From contig JANLSU010000081.1 of the NCBI GenBank assembly GCA_031362565.1, positions 32,001-96,000 of the forward strand: 64,000 nucleotides of DNA, written 5' to 3'. The notes beneath the pieces were generated by a model. It was given only the letters and a program-made list of their open reading frames with translations. It did no database searches and had not been told where the DNA came from. How positions within the stretch are numbered: the stretch's first letter is position 1; each line of letters opens with the position of its first letter. The translations under genes were made by a program, and so were the position numbers. Positions 1 through 9,707 of the stretch are shown here, one piece after another. Origin of the DNA: a bacterium (GTDB taxonomy: Bacteria; Krumholzibacteriota; Krumholzibacteriia; G020349025).

Positions 1-589
1 TGGCGCGCCGGCGCGCGGCGTGCAGCCGTTCGGTATCGCGCTCGAGGGCCCAGAAATGCGCCAAGAACCACTGCGCCAAACGCATCGGCTGGGCGCGCTG
101 CAGATGCGTGTACGCCGGCAGGAGCGTGTCCACCTCGGCCGCGGCCCGGTCGAGGAGCGTGGCCTGCAGCGCCCGAACTCCGAGCATGATCTGGCCGGCA
201 CGGTCGCGCGCTGCCATCCGGAAAGCCGTCGCCACTTGGTCGTTGCGGCTGCGTCCCGTGTGCAGCCGCCGTCCGAGATCGCCGGTGCGGCGAATGACCT
301 CGGCCTCGATCGCCGTGTGAATGTCCTCCGCACCGGCCGGAATCCACCGTCCGGCACGCAAATCGTCCCGCATCGCGCCGAGTGTCGCTTCGAGTTGCAG
401 CGCCTCATCCGGACCGAGAACGCCGCAGCGCCCGAGCGCCGCGGCATACGCTGCCGAGGCTTCGAGATCGGGTTCGGCAAGCGGCGCGTCCTGCGCCAAG
501 GACGCCGACAGCTCGAAGAGCGCCGGGTGCATCCCGGTTTCGAAACCGCCGCCCCACAGGGTCGCCGGACGTTCGTCGTTGGCTGCCAT
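1..589 (-). CDS. argH: argininosuccinate lyase (5' part; runs off the window's left edge)
   Basis: Manual translation from ATG 589 (not in the ORF track): MAANDERPATLWGGGF...EDIHTAIE...RLHTGRSRNDQVAT...YTHLQRAQP, which are ArgH signature motifs; directly follows argJ. Confidence 0.93.
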   Translation of the reverse strand, partial: MAANDERPATLWGGGFETGMHPALFELSASLAQDAPLAEPDLEASAAYAAALGRCGVLGPDEALQLEATLGAMRDDLRAGRWIPAGAEDIHTAIEAEVIRRTGDLGRRLHTGRSRNDQVATAFRMAARDRAGQIMLGVRALQATLLDRAAAEVDTLLPAYTHLQRAQPMRLAQWFLAHFWALERDTERLHAARRRA

Positions 590-591
590 AC

Positions 592-1809
592 TCAGCTCCG
601 ATAGTGCGCGTTGATGCGCACGTAGTCCGCCGACAAATCACTGCCGAGGGCCGTGCCGGTGCCCTTACCGCCGCCGATCCGCAACGTCATTTCGACGCGC
701 TTGCCACGCAAGTGGCGCGCCGCACCGCGTTCGCCGGCGGGGTGCGCCGCACCGTTTTCGGCCACCAAGTGGCCGCCGATGCGCAGATCGAGAGCCTGCG
801 GGTCGAGCTTCACACCGGCGCGCCCGGCGGCCGCGAGAACGCGTCCCCAGTTGGGATCGCCGCCGTGCACCGCCGTCTTGACGAGATTGGATGCGGCGAT
901 CGTGCGCGCCACGGTTCGCGCATCACGCGCCGTGCGCGCGCCGGCGACGTGCACGATCATGATCTTCTCGGCGCCTTCGCCATCGGCAGCGACGGCCTCC
1001 GCGAGTTGGGCGCAGACCTGGCGCAGTGCGTCTGCTACCGCCGCTTCGGCGCGGCTGCCACTGGCGATCGTGCCGCCGGCGGCGCCGTTCGCGAGCAAGA
1101 AGACACAGTCGTTGGTGCTCGTGTCACCGTCTACCGTCAGCGTGTTGAAGCTGGCGTCGACCGCGTCCCGCAACAGCTTCCGGGCCTGCGCCTGACGCAG
1201 CGGTGCATCGGTCGTGACGACGGCCAAGAGCGTCGCCATGTCGGGGTGAATCATGCCGGCGCCCTTCGCCATGCCACCGACGGTGTAATCCCTGGAGCCG
1301 GCACGCACCCGCACCGCCGCTTGTTTGCGACGCGTATCGGTCGTCATGATCGCATCCGCGGCACGGCGCGCGCTGAGCGCCGTCGTGCCCACCAAACAGG
1401 CCAGGCGCGGCAGCGCGACCAGCAAGCGTTCGACGGGAAACGGCACGCCGATCACGCCGGTCGAAGCCACCAGCACTTGATCCGCGTCGCAGTCGAGGAG
1501 TTCGGCCACAACCGCCGCACTGCGGCGCACCGCAACGTCACCGGCCGTGCCGGTACAGGCGTTGGCATTGCCGCTGTTCAAGAGCACCGCCCGGGCTCGC
1601 CCCTTGGCATCGATGACGCGCCGCGACCAGGTCACGGGCGCTGCTTGCACCAGGTTCGTCGTGAACACGCCCGCCGCTACCGCCGGCCGGTCCGACACCA
1701 CGAGCGCCACATCGTCGCGCTTGCCGCCGGGCTTGATTCCGGCGCGTGCCGACCCGGCGCGAAAGCCGCGTGGCGCGGTCACCCCGAGCGTCAGTGACCG
1801 CGCGCTCAA
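592..1809 (-). CDS. argJ: bifunctional ornithine acetyltransferase/N-acetylglutamate synthase
   Basis: NSGNANACTG, STGVIG, IMTTDT, KGAGMIHPDMAT (autocleavage Thr), DGDTSTND, DGEGA, DPNWGR, C-terminal INAHYRS. Confidence 0.96.
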   Translation of the reverse strand: MSARSLTLGVTAPRGFRAGSARAGIKPGGKRDDVALVVSDRPAVAAGVFTTNLVQAAPVTWSRRVIDAKGRARAVLLNSGNANACTGTAGDVAVRRSAAVVAELLDCDADQVLVASTGVIGVPFPVERLLVALPRLACLVGTTALSARRAADAIMTTDTRRKQAAVRVRAGSRDYTVGGMAKGAGMIHPDMATLLAVVTTDAPLRQAQARKLLRDAVDASFNTLTVDGDTSTNDCVFLLANGAAGGTIASGSRAEAAVADALRQVCAQLAEAVAADGEGAEKIMIVHVAGARTARDARTVARTIAASNLVKTAVHGGDPNWGRVLAAAGRAGVKLDPQALDLRIGGHLVAENGAAHPAGERGAARHLRGKRVEMTLRIGGGKGTGTALGSDLSADYVRINAHYRS

Positions 1810-3038
1810 GAACCTGCCCCCGAGCCTTCGAGCGACCCGGCGCTGCGATGCATCTCTGCTTCGAGCGGCAAACCGAGCAAGCGAATGAAACCGCCGGCAT
1901 CGGCCTGGTCGTAACCGGAGCCGGCTCCGAACGTCGACAAATTGGCGTCATACAGCGACCGCGGTGACCGGCGACCGATGCAAAGCACGCTGCCCTTGTA
2001 GAGCCGGACTCGCACCTCGCCGGTCACGGGCTCCATGAGGCGCGTGACGAGTGCATCGAGCGCCTCGCGCACCGGCGTGAACCACACGCCGCGGTAGATG
2101 AGATCCGCCAGCGCTTCCCCGGCCCGCATCCGTTCGCGGAGTGCGGCGGCATCGAGCGTCACACCCTCCAGGTCGCGGAGGGCGGCATACAGAACCGTAC
2201 CGCCAGGCGTCTCGTAGACGCCGCGCGATTTCAGTCCGACGACGCGATTCTCGACGATATCGATGCGGCCGACACCGTGGGCACCGGCGATGGTGTTCAA
2301 TTCTGCGAGCAAGATTTCGGGCGCGAGTTCACGGCCATCGAGTCCGGCCGGCAGCCCGCTTTCAAAGTGCAGCACGACCTCGCGCGGTTCGTCGGGCGCG
2401 CGGCGCGGATCCACCGTCAATTGGAACAGGTCGTCGGGCGGCGCGCACCAGGGGTCCTCGAGGACGCCGCCTTCGTGCGACAAGTGAAACACATTGCGAT
2501 CGCGCGAATAGAGCGAGCCCTTCGACACCGGCACCGGAATGCCGTGCTTGTCGGCGTATTCCAGCGCATCCTCGCGCGACTGGATGTCCCACTCGCGCCA
2601 CGGCGCCACGACTTTCAGATCCGGCGCCAGCGACCGGTAGCCGAGTTCGAAACGCAGTTGGTCGTTGCCCTTGCCGGTGCAACCGTGCGCCACGGCATCG
2701 GCACCGACGCGGCGTGCCGCCCGCACTTGGCCGCGCGCCAACACCGGACGCGCGAGTGCGGTGCCGAGCAAATAGCGGCCCTCGTAGAGAGCGCCGGCGC
2801 GCAGCGCCGGCCACACGAACTCGCTGACGAATTCCGCTTCGAGGTTTTCGATACAGGCCGACGAAGCGCCGCTTCGCAGCGCCTTGGCTTCCAGGCCGTC
2901 GAGTTCTTCGGCCTGGCCGACGTTGCCGGTGTAGGTGACCACCTCGCAGCCGTAGTTCTCGAGCAACCACTGCACGATGATCGAGGTGTCGAGGCCGCCC
3001 GAATAGGCGAGCACAACCTTGCGTACGCGTTGCTTCAA
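1806..3038 (-). CDS. argG: argininosuccinate synthase
   Basis: LAYSGGLDTS, HGCTGKGNDQ, ENRVVGLKSRGVYETPGG. Confidence 0.97.
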   Translation of the reverse strand: MKQRVRKVVLAYSGGLDTSIIVQWLLENYGCEVVTYTGNVGQAEELDGLEAKALRSGASSACIENLEAEFVSEFVWPALRAGALYEGRYLLGTALARPVLARGQVRAARRVGADAVAHGCTGKGNDQLRFELGYRSLAPDLKVVAPWREWDIQSREDALEYADKHGIPVPVSKGSLYSRDRNVFHLSHEGGVLEDPWCAPPDDLFQLTVDPRRAPDEPREVVLHFESGLPAGLDGRELAPEILLAELNTIAGAHGVGRIDIVENRVVGLKSRGVYETPGGTVLYAALRDLEGVTLDAAALRERMRAGEALADLIYRGVWFTPVREALDALVTRLMEPVTGEVRVRLYKGSVLCIGRRSPRSLYDANLSTFGAGSGYDQADAGGFIRLLGLPLEAEMHRSAGSLEGSGAGS

Positions 3039-4342
3039 CGGATGCCTCCCGAAGTATGGACCGCGGCCTCAGAGGCCCTGTTTGTCTGGCGCGGGGCCGG
3101 CGCCGTCACCACGGTGGCGCCGCGCACTCGCCGGCGCGGTGCCAGCGACTCGAGCGCGGCGCTCAAGATGTCGATCGCCGAGTCGATCTCCGCATCGCTG
3201 CAGACCAAAGGCGGCAGAAACCGGATCGCATCGTCCCCGGCGCGGGTCACGAGCAGGCCGCGCTCGCGGGCCGCCGCAATGACTTCGCCGCCGCGTTTCT
3301 TGAACGCCGGGGCCAGCACCAAGGCCTGCATGAGGCCGCGCCCGCGCGTGCCGCGCGCCGCTGTCGAACGCGCCGTGACCGCTGCGAGGCCCGCCGCCAA
3401 GTGTTCGGCGCGGGCGGTGACTTCGGCCAAGAATTCGGGCTGGGCGACGGTGTCGAACACCCGGTTGGCAACCGCGCACACGGCGGGCCCGCCGGAGAAC
3501 GTCGAACCGTGCTGGCCGGGCACCAAGTGGCGCGCGACTTCTGCGCCGATCAACGTCACGCCGAGCGGCAGGCCGGCGGCAATCGGCTTGGCGAGCGTCA
3601 CGAGATCCGGCACGACGCCATACGACTCGTACGCGAAGAGAGTTCCCAAGCGGCCGAGCCCGCACTGCACTTCGTCGAAGATGAGCAAGGCGCCCGTCGC
3701 GTCACACACTTCGCGCAGCCCCTGCAGGAATTCGCGGGTCGCCGGTACGACGCCACCTTCGCCCTGCACCGGTTCGACGATTACGGCCGCGGTGCGCTCC
3801 GTCACCGACCGGCGTACCGATTCGAGGTTGTTGAAGGTCGCAAAACGCACCCCCGGCAGGAGCGGCAAGAAGGGCTCGCGATACGACGGATGATAGGTAA
3901 CGGCGAGCGCCCCGAGCGTCCGGCCGTGAAATCCGCCCTTGAAGGCGACGAACCCTTTGCGATCCTTGCCGCCGCGGGCGTTGGCCGTGATGCGCGCGAA
4001 CTTGAGCGCCGCCTCGTTGGCTTCGGTGCCGCTGTTGGCGAACCACACCCGGCTCGCGAACGAGGCCTTGGTCAGACGTGCGGCGAGGTCGAGGGCCGGC
4101 ACGTTGCCGTACAGGTTCGAAACGTGGCCCAGCGTCGCGAACTGATCGCGCAGAATCTCGGCGAGATCGGCCCGGCCGTGGCCCAGAGCCGCGACCGCCA
4201 GCCCGGCCGTGAAATCGAGATATTGGCGTCCGGCAGTGTCCCAGACGTACGAGCCTGCGCCGCGCGCGAGGATGAGCCGCGGGTGAGCGATGACCCCGGC
4301 GAGCGTTCGCGACTCGTCCGGCTGCACAACTGTTTCAGTCAC
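3035..4342 (-). CDS. argD: acetylornithine aminotransferase (class III PLP)
   Basis: NSGTEANE, FHGRT, EPVQGEGG, FDEVQCGLGR, TLAK, HGSTF; arg operon context. Confidence 0.93.
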   Translation of the reverse strand: MTETVVQPDESRTLAGVIAHPRLILARGAGSYVWDTAGRQYLDFTAGLAVAALGHGRADLAEILRDQFATLGHVSNLYGNVPALDLAARLTKASFASRVWFANSGTEANEAALKFARITANARGGKDRKGFVAFKGGFHGRTLGALAVTYHPSYREPFLPLLPGVRFATFNNLESVRRSVTERTAAVIVEPVQGEGGVVPATREFLQGLREVCDATGALLIFDEVQCGLGRLGTLFAYESYGVVPDLVTLAKPIAAGLPLGVTLIGAEVARHLVPGQHGSTFSGGPAVCAVANRVFDTVAQPEFLAEVTARAEHLAAGLAAVTARSTAARGTRGRGLMQALVLAPAFKKRGGEVIAAARERGLLVTRAGDDAIRFLPPLVCSDAEIDSAIDILSAALESLAPRRRVRGATVVTAPAPRQTNRASEAAVHTSGGIR

Positions 4343-5145
4343 GACTGGCTTCCTCTCTCCGAGGGTCGACCCACGACGCGCGTGCCGCGGATTTCGTGCA
4401 GCGCTTCACCACTGAAACCGCCGATGTGAACTTGTTGGACGCCAGCGGTCGCGGCGCGGGCGGCGGCACGCAGTTTGGGAATCATGCCGCGCGTCGCCTC
4501 CCCAGACGCGATGAGCAACTCGACCGCCTGGGCCTCGACTTCCGCAGCCCAAGAATCCTCGACCCGCACGCCTTCGACATCGGACAAAAGGAGGAGCCGC
4601 TCGCCCCCAAGAGCGGCGGCGAGGGCGGCGGCCGCTTCGTCGGCGTTGACGTTGACCGCTTCGCCATCGGGCCCGAGTGAGACCGGCGACACGACGGGGG
4701 TCAACCCGGCGTCCAACAAGAGCCGCAAGAGTGACGAATCCACGGTGGCCGGTGTTCCGACCCGGCCGAGGCCCGGTTCGAGGGTGCAGACGAGCGTTCC
4801 GGCGTCACTGCCTGTCACGCCCACCGCGCGGCGCCCGGCGGCTGCGAGCGCCCGCACCAACGCGCCGTTGACGTTGCCCGACAACACCATTTCGACGGCG
4901 AGCAAGTCGGATATGGATGTCACGCGGCGGCCTTGTTCAAACCGTGGTTCCAAGCCGAGCTGCGCTTGCAAGCGCGTCACGGAATCGCCGCCGCCGTGCA
5001 CCAACACCAGGTCGTTGTCGAATGCGGCGCAAACCTGCGCCAGTCGCATGCGGCTGTCACGATCCTCGCACAGGCGCCCGCCGATCTTGACGACCCAAAC
5101 CGGACGTGCGGGAGTCCTTCGGGATTCGACGCGGGCGCCGTTCAT
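4339..5145 (-). CDS. argB: acetylglutamate kinase
   Basis: VVKIGG, VHGGG, GRRVT, NVNAD, LSDVEGV, GMIPK; ATG 5145 overlaps the argC stop (ATGA). Confidence 0.93.
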   Translation of the reverse strand: MNGARVESRRTPARPVWVVKIGGRLCEDRDSRMRLAQVCAAFDNDLVLVHGGGDSVTRLQAQLGLEPRFEQGRRVTSISDLLAVEMVLSGNVNGALVRALAAAGRRAVGVTGSDAGTLVCTLEPGLGRVGTPATVDSSLLRLLLDAGLTPVVSPVSLGPDGEAVNVNADEAAAALAAALGGERLLLLSDVEGVRVEDSWAAEVEAQAVELLIASGEATRGMIPKLRAAARAATAGVQQVHIGGFSGEALHEIRGTRVVGRPSERGSQS

Positions 5146-6281
5146 CCGACTGCCCACCCTTCGAGCGGCAAGCCGGTTTCTTCCGGCCAACCCTGCATGC
5201 GGTTCCAGTTCTGAATCGCTTGGCCCGCGGCACCCTTGCCCAAGTTGTCGATGGCAGCGAAGGCCAGCAGCAGCCGCCCCCCGGCAACCACCCGCACCGC
5301 CACATCGCAGCGGTTCGAGCCGCGCACATGCCGCGTCTCGGGCAATGCCGCGCCTTCGAGCAGGCGCACGCAGGGCGCGGCGGCATAGCGCTCGCGATAA
5401 AGTGTCTGGAGTGAATCCACCGTCATCGGCGTCGAAAGCGGGATCGCGACGTTGGCGACGATGCCGCGCGACATGGGCACCAGGTGCGGATTGAAGGCGA
5501 GCGGCAGCTCGGCGGCTTCGTTCGGCACCAGGCGTGCGACCGACGCAGCGCCACCCAACACGCGCCGGAGCGATTGCTGGATCTCGCCGAGATGGGGGTG
5601 ATCCTCCCCCACCTTATAAGGACTGGCGCCTTGGCCACATTCGACGAAGTGCGTCGCGAGCGACGGGGCGCGCCCGGCGCCGGAAACCCCCGAGAGTGCA
5701 TTGGCGACGAGCGGTGCGCCGTTCCACACCCCGGCGGCCATGGCCGGCAGGGCGGCGAGCAGTACAGCCGTCGCGTAGCAACCAGGATTCGCGACCAGCG
5801 TCGCACCCTCGACCGCATCGCCACTCCATTCGGCGAGTCCATAGACGGCGCGCGGCAAGAGATCGGGATCCGGGTGCGCCAGGCCGTAGCGCCGCGCGTA
5901 CTCGGCCGCATCACGCAGGCGAAAATCGGCCGACAGATCGATGATGCGCAGGCCGGCATCCAAGAAACGCCGCGCGCGCCCGGCGAGAGCGCCGTGCGGC
6001 AGCGCCGCGAAGACGATTTCGACCCCGCGCTCGACCCACGGCGTGGGATCGAGGAGATCGTCGTCGAGAACGAGTGACGCATCACCGAGCGCGCCGCTCG
6101 CAGTCGCGAGCGGTTGGCCGGCGTACTGGCGCGATGCCGCCGCCACGAGCCGGGCATGCGGGTGCGTGCCGAGCAAACGGACGAGTTCCAACCCGCCGTA
6201 ACCGCTCACACCCAAGATACCGACGCCGATGTGCCGCTGCGGCACCGCGGGCGCCGATGCGCGGCCCAAGACACTCGTCAT
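5142..6281 (-). CDS. argC: N-acetyl-gamma-glutamyl-phosphate reductase
   Basis: GVSGYGG, ALPHG, DLSADFRL, ANPGCY, SGVSGAGR, IDNLGKGAAGQA. Confidence 0.96.
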   Translation of the reverse strand: MTSVLGRASAPAVPQRHIGVGILGVSGYGGLELVRLLGTHPHARLVAAASRQYAGQPLATASGALGDASLVLDDDLLDPTPWVERGVEIVFAALPHGALAGRARRFLDAGLRIIDLSADFRLRDAAEYARRYGLAHPDPDLLPRAVYGLAEWSGDAVEGATLVANPGCYATAVLLAALPAMAAGVWNGAPLVANALSGVSGAGRAPSLATHFVECGQGASPYKVGEDHPHLGEIQQSLRRVLGGAASVARLVPNEAAELPLAFNPHLVPMSRGIVANVAIPLSTPMTVDSLQTLYRERYAAAPCVRLLEGAALPETRHVRGSNRCDVAVRVVAGGRLLLAFAAIDNLGKGAAGQAIQNWNRMQGWPEETGLPLEGWAVG

Positions 6282-6775
6282 GCGAGGCTCCTTCCGACCA
6301 GCGATTCGAGCCGCTGGCGGAATTTCTTACCGCCGGCAGGCGACGCGGCGATCACGAGCACCGTGTCGTCACCGGCGAGGGTGCCGGCCACTTCATCCCA
6401 ACCCAAGAGATCGAGGCTGCGAGCGACGCCGTGCGCATTGCCGGGCGGCGTTCGCACCACGACGAGATTCCCCACCACGCGCACGTCTTGCACGAACGTC
6501 TCGAGCTCGATCTGGCGCCGGCGGGTGTCGACGACATCGCGCGACGGCCCGGGGAGCGCGTACCGCGGGCCCGCGTCGGTGGGGACGCGGCCGACGCCGA
6601 GACTCCGCAGGTCGCGCGACAGGGTCGCCTGGGTGGCGCGAATGCCGCGCTGGCGCAGGAGCTTCGCCAGTTCATCCTGGCTCGCCACCCGGCGTTCGCC
6701 GAGCAGTTCGACGATGGCCTCGCGGCGGGCCGTGCCGCCCTCGTCGCCATTTCCCGATCGTGCATGATCATTCAT
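6278..6775 (-). CDS. argR: arginine repressor
   Basis: SQDEL, TQATLSRDL (wHTH), RTPPGNA, GTLAGDDT (Arg-binding). Confidence 0.95.
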   Translation of the reverse strand: MNDHARSGNGDEGGTARREAIVELLGERRVASQDELAKLLRQRGIRATQATLSRDLRSLGVGRVPTDAGPRYALPGPSRDVVDTRRRQIELETFVQDVRVVGNLVVVRTPPGNAHGVARSLDLLGWDEVAGTLAGDDTVLVIAASPAGGKKFRQRLESLVGRSLA

Positions 6776-6796
6776 AGAGTTGAATAATCATGCATT
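6759..6796. promoter_or_regulatory. tandem ARG boxes (ArgR operator)
   Basis: TGCATGATCATTCA (6761-6774) and TGAATAATCATGCA (6781-6794) match the TGAAT-N4-ATTCA/ATGCA ARG-box core; they overlap the argR start codon. Confidence 0.85.
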
Positions 6797-6812
6797 GCCG
6801 TCCGCATGTCAA
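6784..6812 (-). promoter_or_regulatory. sigma70-type promoter of the arg operon
   Basis: TTGACA (6812-6807), 17 bp, then GATTAT; 8 nt upstream of the argR ATG. Confidence 0.55.
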
Positions 6813-6836
6813 CCCCCGGGCAAGGCGCCCGGGGGT
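6812..6836. terminator. GC-rich hairpin just downstream of the 6852-7682 gene
   Basis: ACCCCCGGGC-aaggc-GCCCGGGGGT perfect 10-bp stem; no real U-tract. Confidence 0.4.
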
Positions 6837-6851
6837 GAAGAGAGGTGTGGG

Positions 6852-7682
6852 TCAGCGCTTGGCTTGGGCTTCTTCCGGCATTGCCGTGTGCGGATCGGTG
6901 AAGACCGCGGCGTCGACAGCCGCCGGCGTTTCGACGACCGGGAAATAGATGCGGCCGGGTTTGCCGCCCACCATGCGGCGGTCGCGCGACATCATGACGC
7001 CGCTGCCCATCTTCTGCCAGTCGCTCCATTGCCAGACCGTGGCGTTTTCGAGCGACGGCGTGCCTTCGGTGCCTTCCAGGAAGTACGCCCAGCGGGCCAT
7101 CATGTGCGTCTTGCGATCGACGAACGCCCAGTACTGATCGCCCGGTGTCAGCCCGACCTTGTTGAAGGTGATGTGCAAGACGTCGAACTCCTGGCCGTCG
7201 ACGGTGCGCCGACCGAGCGACTCGACGTTGGCTCCCGGATCATCGAGCTTCCACGGCATGAGGAGCCAGTAGCTGTCGTTGATATAGCGCGCGTACGCCT
7301 TTTCCATGTTGGCGGCGCTGTCGGCACTCGCCACCGCTGTGCCGTCGATCCACGTGCGTCCGGCATGCGAATTGATGTCGAAGAGCGACTGCACCTGGTG
7401 GCCCTCTTTGTTCTTCCACTCGACACGGTAGTGGCCGGTCGAACGGTCCCAAAGATGCTTGACGCGCACGACTTCCTTGCCGTCGCGCTCGACGGCCCAA
7501 TCGAAGCGCAGGTAGCGCGCCGCCTGCCAGTGATCGGCACCGCCCATGGCGTCGCGCATCGAGCGCAGAATCGGCGCCGCATCGCCGGGTGTCGCCGGTG
7601 TGTCCGCCGCCGCCGGCAATACCGCGAGCCCACTGGCGCCGAGCGCCAGTGCAACGGCCCAATGCTTGCGAGTCATTTTCAT
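6852..7682 (-). CDS. secreted hypothetical protein (DUF6503-like beta-rich fold)
   Basis: Signal peptide MKMTRKHWAVALALGASGLAVLPAAA; AMGGADHW, NDSYWLLMPWKLDDPG, GLTPGD motifs; ATG overlaps the upstream stop (ATGA). Confidence 0.7.
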   Translation of the reverse strand: MKMTRKHWAVALALGASGLAVLPAAADTPATPGDAAPILRSMRDAMGGADHWQAARYLRFDWAVERDGKEVVRVKHLWDRSTGHYRVEWKNKEGHQVQSLFDINSHAGRTWIDGTAVASADSAANMEKAYARYINDSYWLLMPWKLDDPGANVESLGRRTVDGQEFDVLHITFNKVGLTPGDQYWAFVDRKTHMMARWAYFLEGTEGTPSLENATVWQWSDWQKMGSGVMMSRDRRMVGGKPGRIYFPVVETPAAVDAAVFTDPHTAMPEEAQAKR

Positions 7683-9616
7683 GCTGCTCCCTCCGCGACG
7701 GCTGGTTCGAGACGCACGCCCTCGTCGTAGTAGGCGGCGCCTTCGCCAGCATCGGTGAGGCGGGCTCGCACGAGCGCATTCGCACAACCGTGCTGCAGCC
7801 AGCCGCCTTTCGCGATCATCAACATATCGCGCCGCAACGCCGCGTCATGGCGCAAGCGCGCCCGCACCCGGCCGACGCGGCTCACGAGCCACACGTCACT
7901 GCCGTCGGCGATGCCCGCCGCGACGTCCGGATGACAGCGCGCCTCGGCCGGTGCGCCGTCCCAGGCGGCCGACCACTGCGAGGCCTGGGCGCGCGGCGTC
8001 GAGAAGGACGCAAGTTGGAGAGGATACTCCGCATCCGGCGCCGCGTCTTGGAGATCGACATCGGTCACGAAATGGAATCGCCGGTCGGCGGTCGCGAACT
8101 GCTTGCCGGCGAACAGCACCTGGGTGGCGTGCGGATTGCGAACCACGCCACGCCGCAGATCGTCCAACCGCACGCTGTCCGCGACCGGCGCGAGCAAGCG
8201 AGTGGCCCACTCTTCGGCACTGCCCTGCAGGCGATCGGCGAAGCCCAGGCGCGCGGCGAGAGCTTGATAAATTTCGAGATCCGATTTCACTCCAGCCGGC
8301 GGACGCGCCACCGGATTCGCAGCGCTCAAATAGTGGTGTCCGAACGCGCCCACGAGGTCGTGCTCCTCGAGCATCGTCGTCACCGGCAGGACGACATGCG
8401 CGACGCGCGCCGTGTCGGTCATTTGCTGCTCCAGGACAACGGTGAATTCGCGCGACCGAAGCGCACGGGCCACGGTGTGTGAGTCGGGCAGCATGGCGAC
8501 CGGATTGCCGTTGTCGACGACCACCGCGCGCACCGGCGGATCGGTGGCGGCCAGAATCTCTTCACCGAGTCGCGGCTCGACCAAGCCGCGGCGCGATTCC
8601 GGCGCCCGGTAACGATCGACGTCGAAAGCCGCCCGCCGCCGGTAGTAGAACGTGACGCCGCTCCCGGGCACCCCGTAGTTGCCCACCAAGGCCGCCAGTG
8701 CGTCGAGAACTCGAATGGTCACGGAACCGTGCAGGCGGCGTTGCAGACCCCAGCCAATCTGGATATTGCCTGGGCGCAACGTGCCGAATTCGACGCCCAG
8801 CGACTCGAGCGCCGCGGGGTCGAGATCGGCGGCGCCGGCCCACTCGGCCACGGAACGCGTGAAGGCCAAGCGCTTGAAGGCTTCGTGTCCGGTGCTCCAG
8901 TCGGCGAGCGTTGGATCGACGAGGCCGCGCTCCCACAGAACACGCGCCATGCCCAGGCCGAGGAAGCGGTCGCTGCCGGGACGCGGCCGCAGCACGACGT
9001 CCGCAAAGCGCTCGGTCTTGTTCGGTACCGGATCGATGAGCACGATCCGGGCGCCGCCTTGGCGGGCCTGTTTCAGAACCGGCAACAGATGCAGGAATGA
9101 GGTGGCGACATTCTTGCCCCAGAGCACGATCAAGCGGCTCGCGAGCAGATCTTCGATGGCGTGCGATTCGCTCGTGCCCAGATCGGCGATCTGCGCCGCT
9201 TCGCCGGCGCCGGAACAGATGTCGCCCTTCTTGACGCGCGCGCCGCCAAAGCACTCGAAGAAATAGTCGTTGAGGGCTTTCAGAATGCCGAGCGATCCAC
9301 CGGACCGGTAGTGCAGAACCGCCTCAGGACCCGACTCGCGGCGGATGCGCTCGAGGCGTTCGGCCACCAGGTCGAGCGCCGCATCCCATGAGGCCGGCAC
9401 GAACTCGTCCCCGCGCCGCACGAGCGGTGTCGTCAAGCGTTCGGGGTGATATTGCAGATGCAGGTAGCGGCTCGTGCGCTCGCACAGGAAACCGCGCGTG
9501 ATCGGGTGTGACTTGTCACCCGCGAGGGCGACGACCCGTCCGTCCTCGACCGTCGCCAGGATGCCGCAAGCATCGGGACAGTCACGCGTACAGGTCGTGC
9601 GCAGGGTCTCTTGCAT
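7679..9616 (-). CDS. molybdopterin-dependent oxidoreductase (DMSO reductase superfamily, cytoplasmic)
   Basis: CTRDCPDAC...GFLC FeS motif, GDICS, WGKN, IDP, RPGSD, NP, TDTA..A..VLP; C-terminal molybdopterin-binding domain; no Tat signal. Confidence 0.88.
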   Translation of the reverse strand: MQETLRTTCTRDCPDACGILATVEDGRVVALAGDKSHPITRGFLCERTSRYLHLQYHPERLTTPLVRRGDEFVPASWDAALDLVAERLERIRRESGPEAVLHYRSGGSLGILKALNDYFFECFGGARVKKGDICSGAGEAAQIADLGTSESHAIEDLLASRLIVLWGKNVATSFLHLLPVLKQARQGGARIVLIDPVPNKTERFADVVLRPRPGSDRFLGLGMARVLWERGLVDPTLADWSTGHEAFKRLAFTRSVAEWAGAADLDPAALESLGVEFGTLRPGNIQIGWGLQRRLHGSVTIRVLDALAALVGNYGVPGSGVTFYYRRRAAFDVDRYRAPESRRGLVEPRLGEEILAATDPPVRAVVVDNGNPVAMLPDSHTVARALRSREFTVVLEQQMTDTARVAHVVLPVTTMLEEHDLVGAFGHHYLSAANPVARPPAGVKSDLEIYQALAARLGFADRLQGSAEEWATRLLAPVADSVRLDDLRRGVVRNPHATQVLFAGKQFATADRRFHFVTDVDLQDAAPDAEYPLQLASFSTPRAQASQWSAAWDGAPAEARCHPDVAAGIADGSDVWLVSRVGRVRARLRHDAALRRDMLMIAKGGWLQHGCANALVRARLTDAGEGAAYYDEGVRLEPAVAEGAA

Positions 9617-9707
9617 GCCGGAACTCCGTGGGCGTGGGCGTAGGCGCGCGTCGACGTTAGGCTTCGCGGGCCAGGGGGTCAACCCAGCCAAGAAGGGGCC
9701 AGGACGC

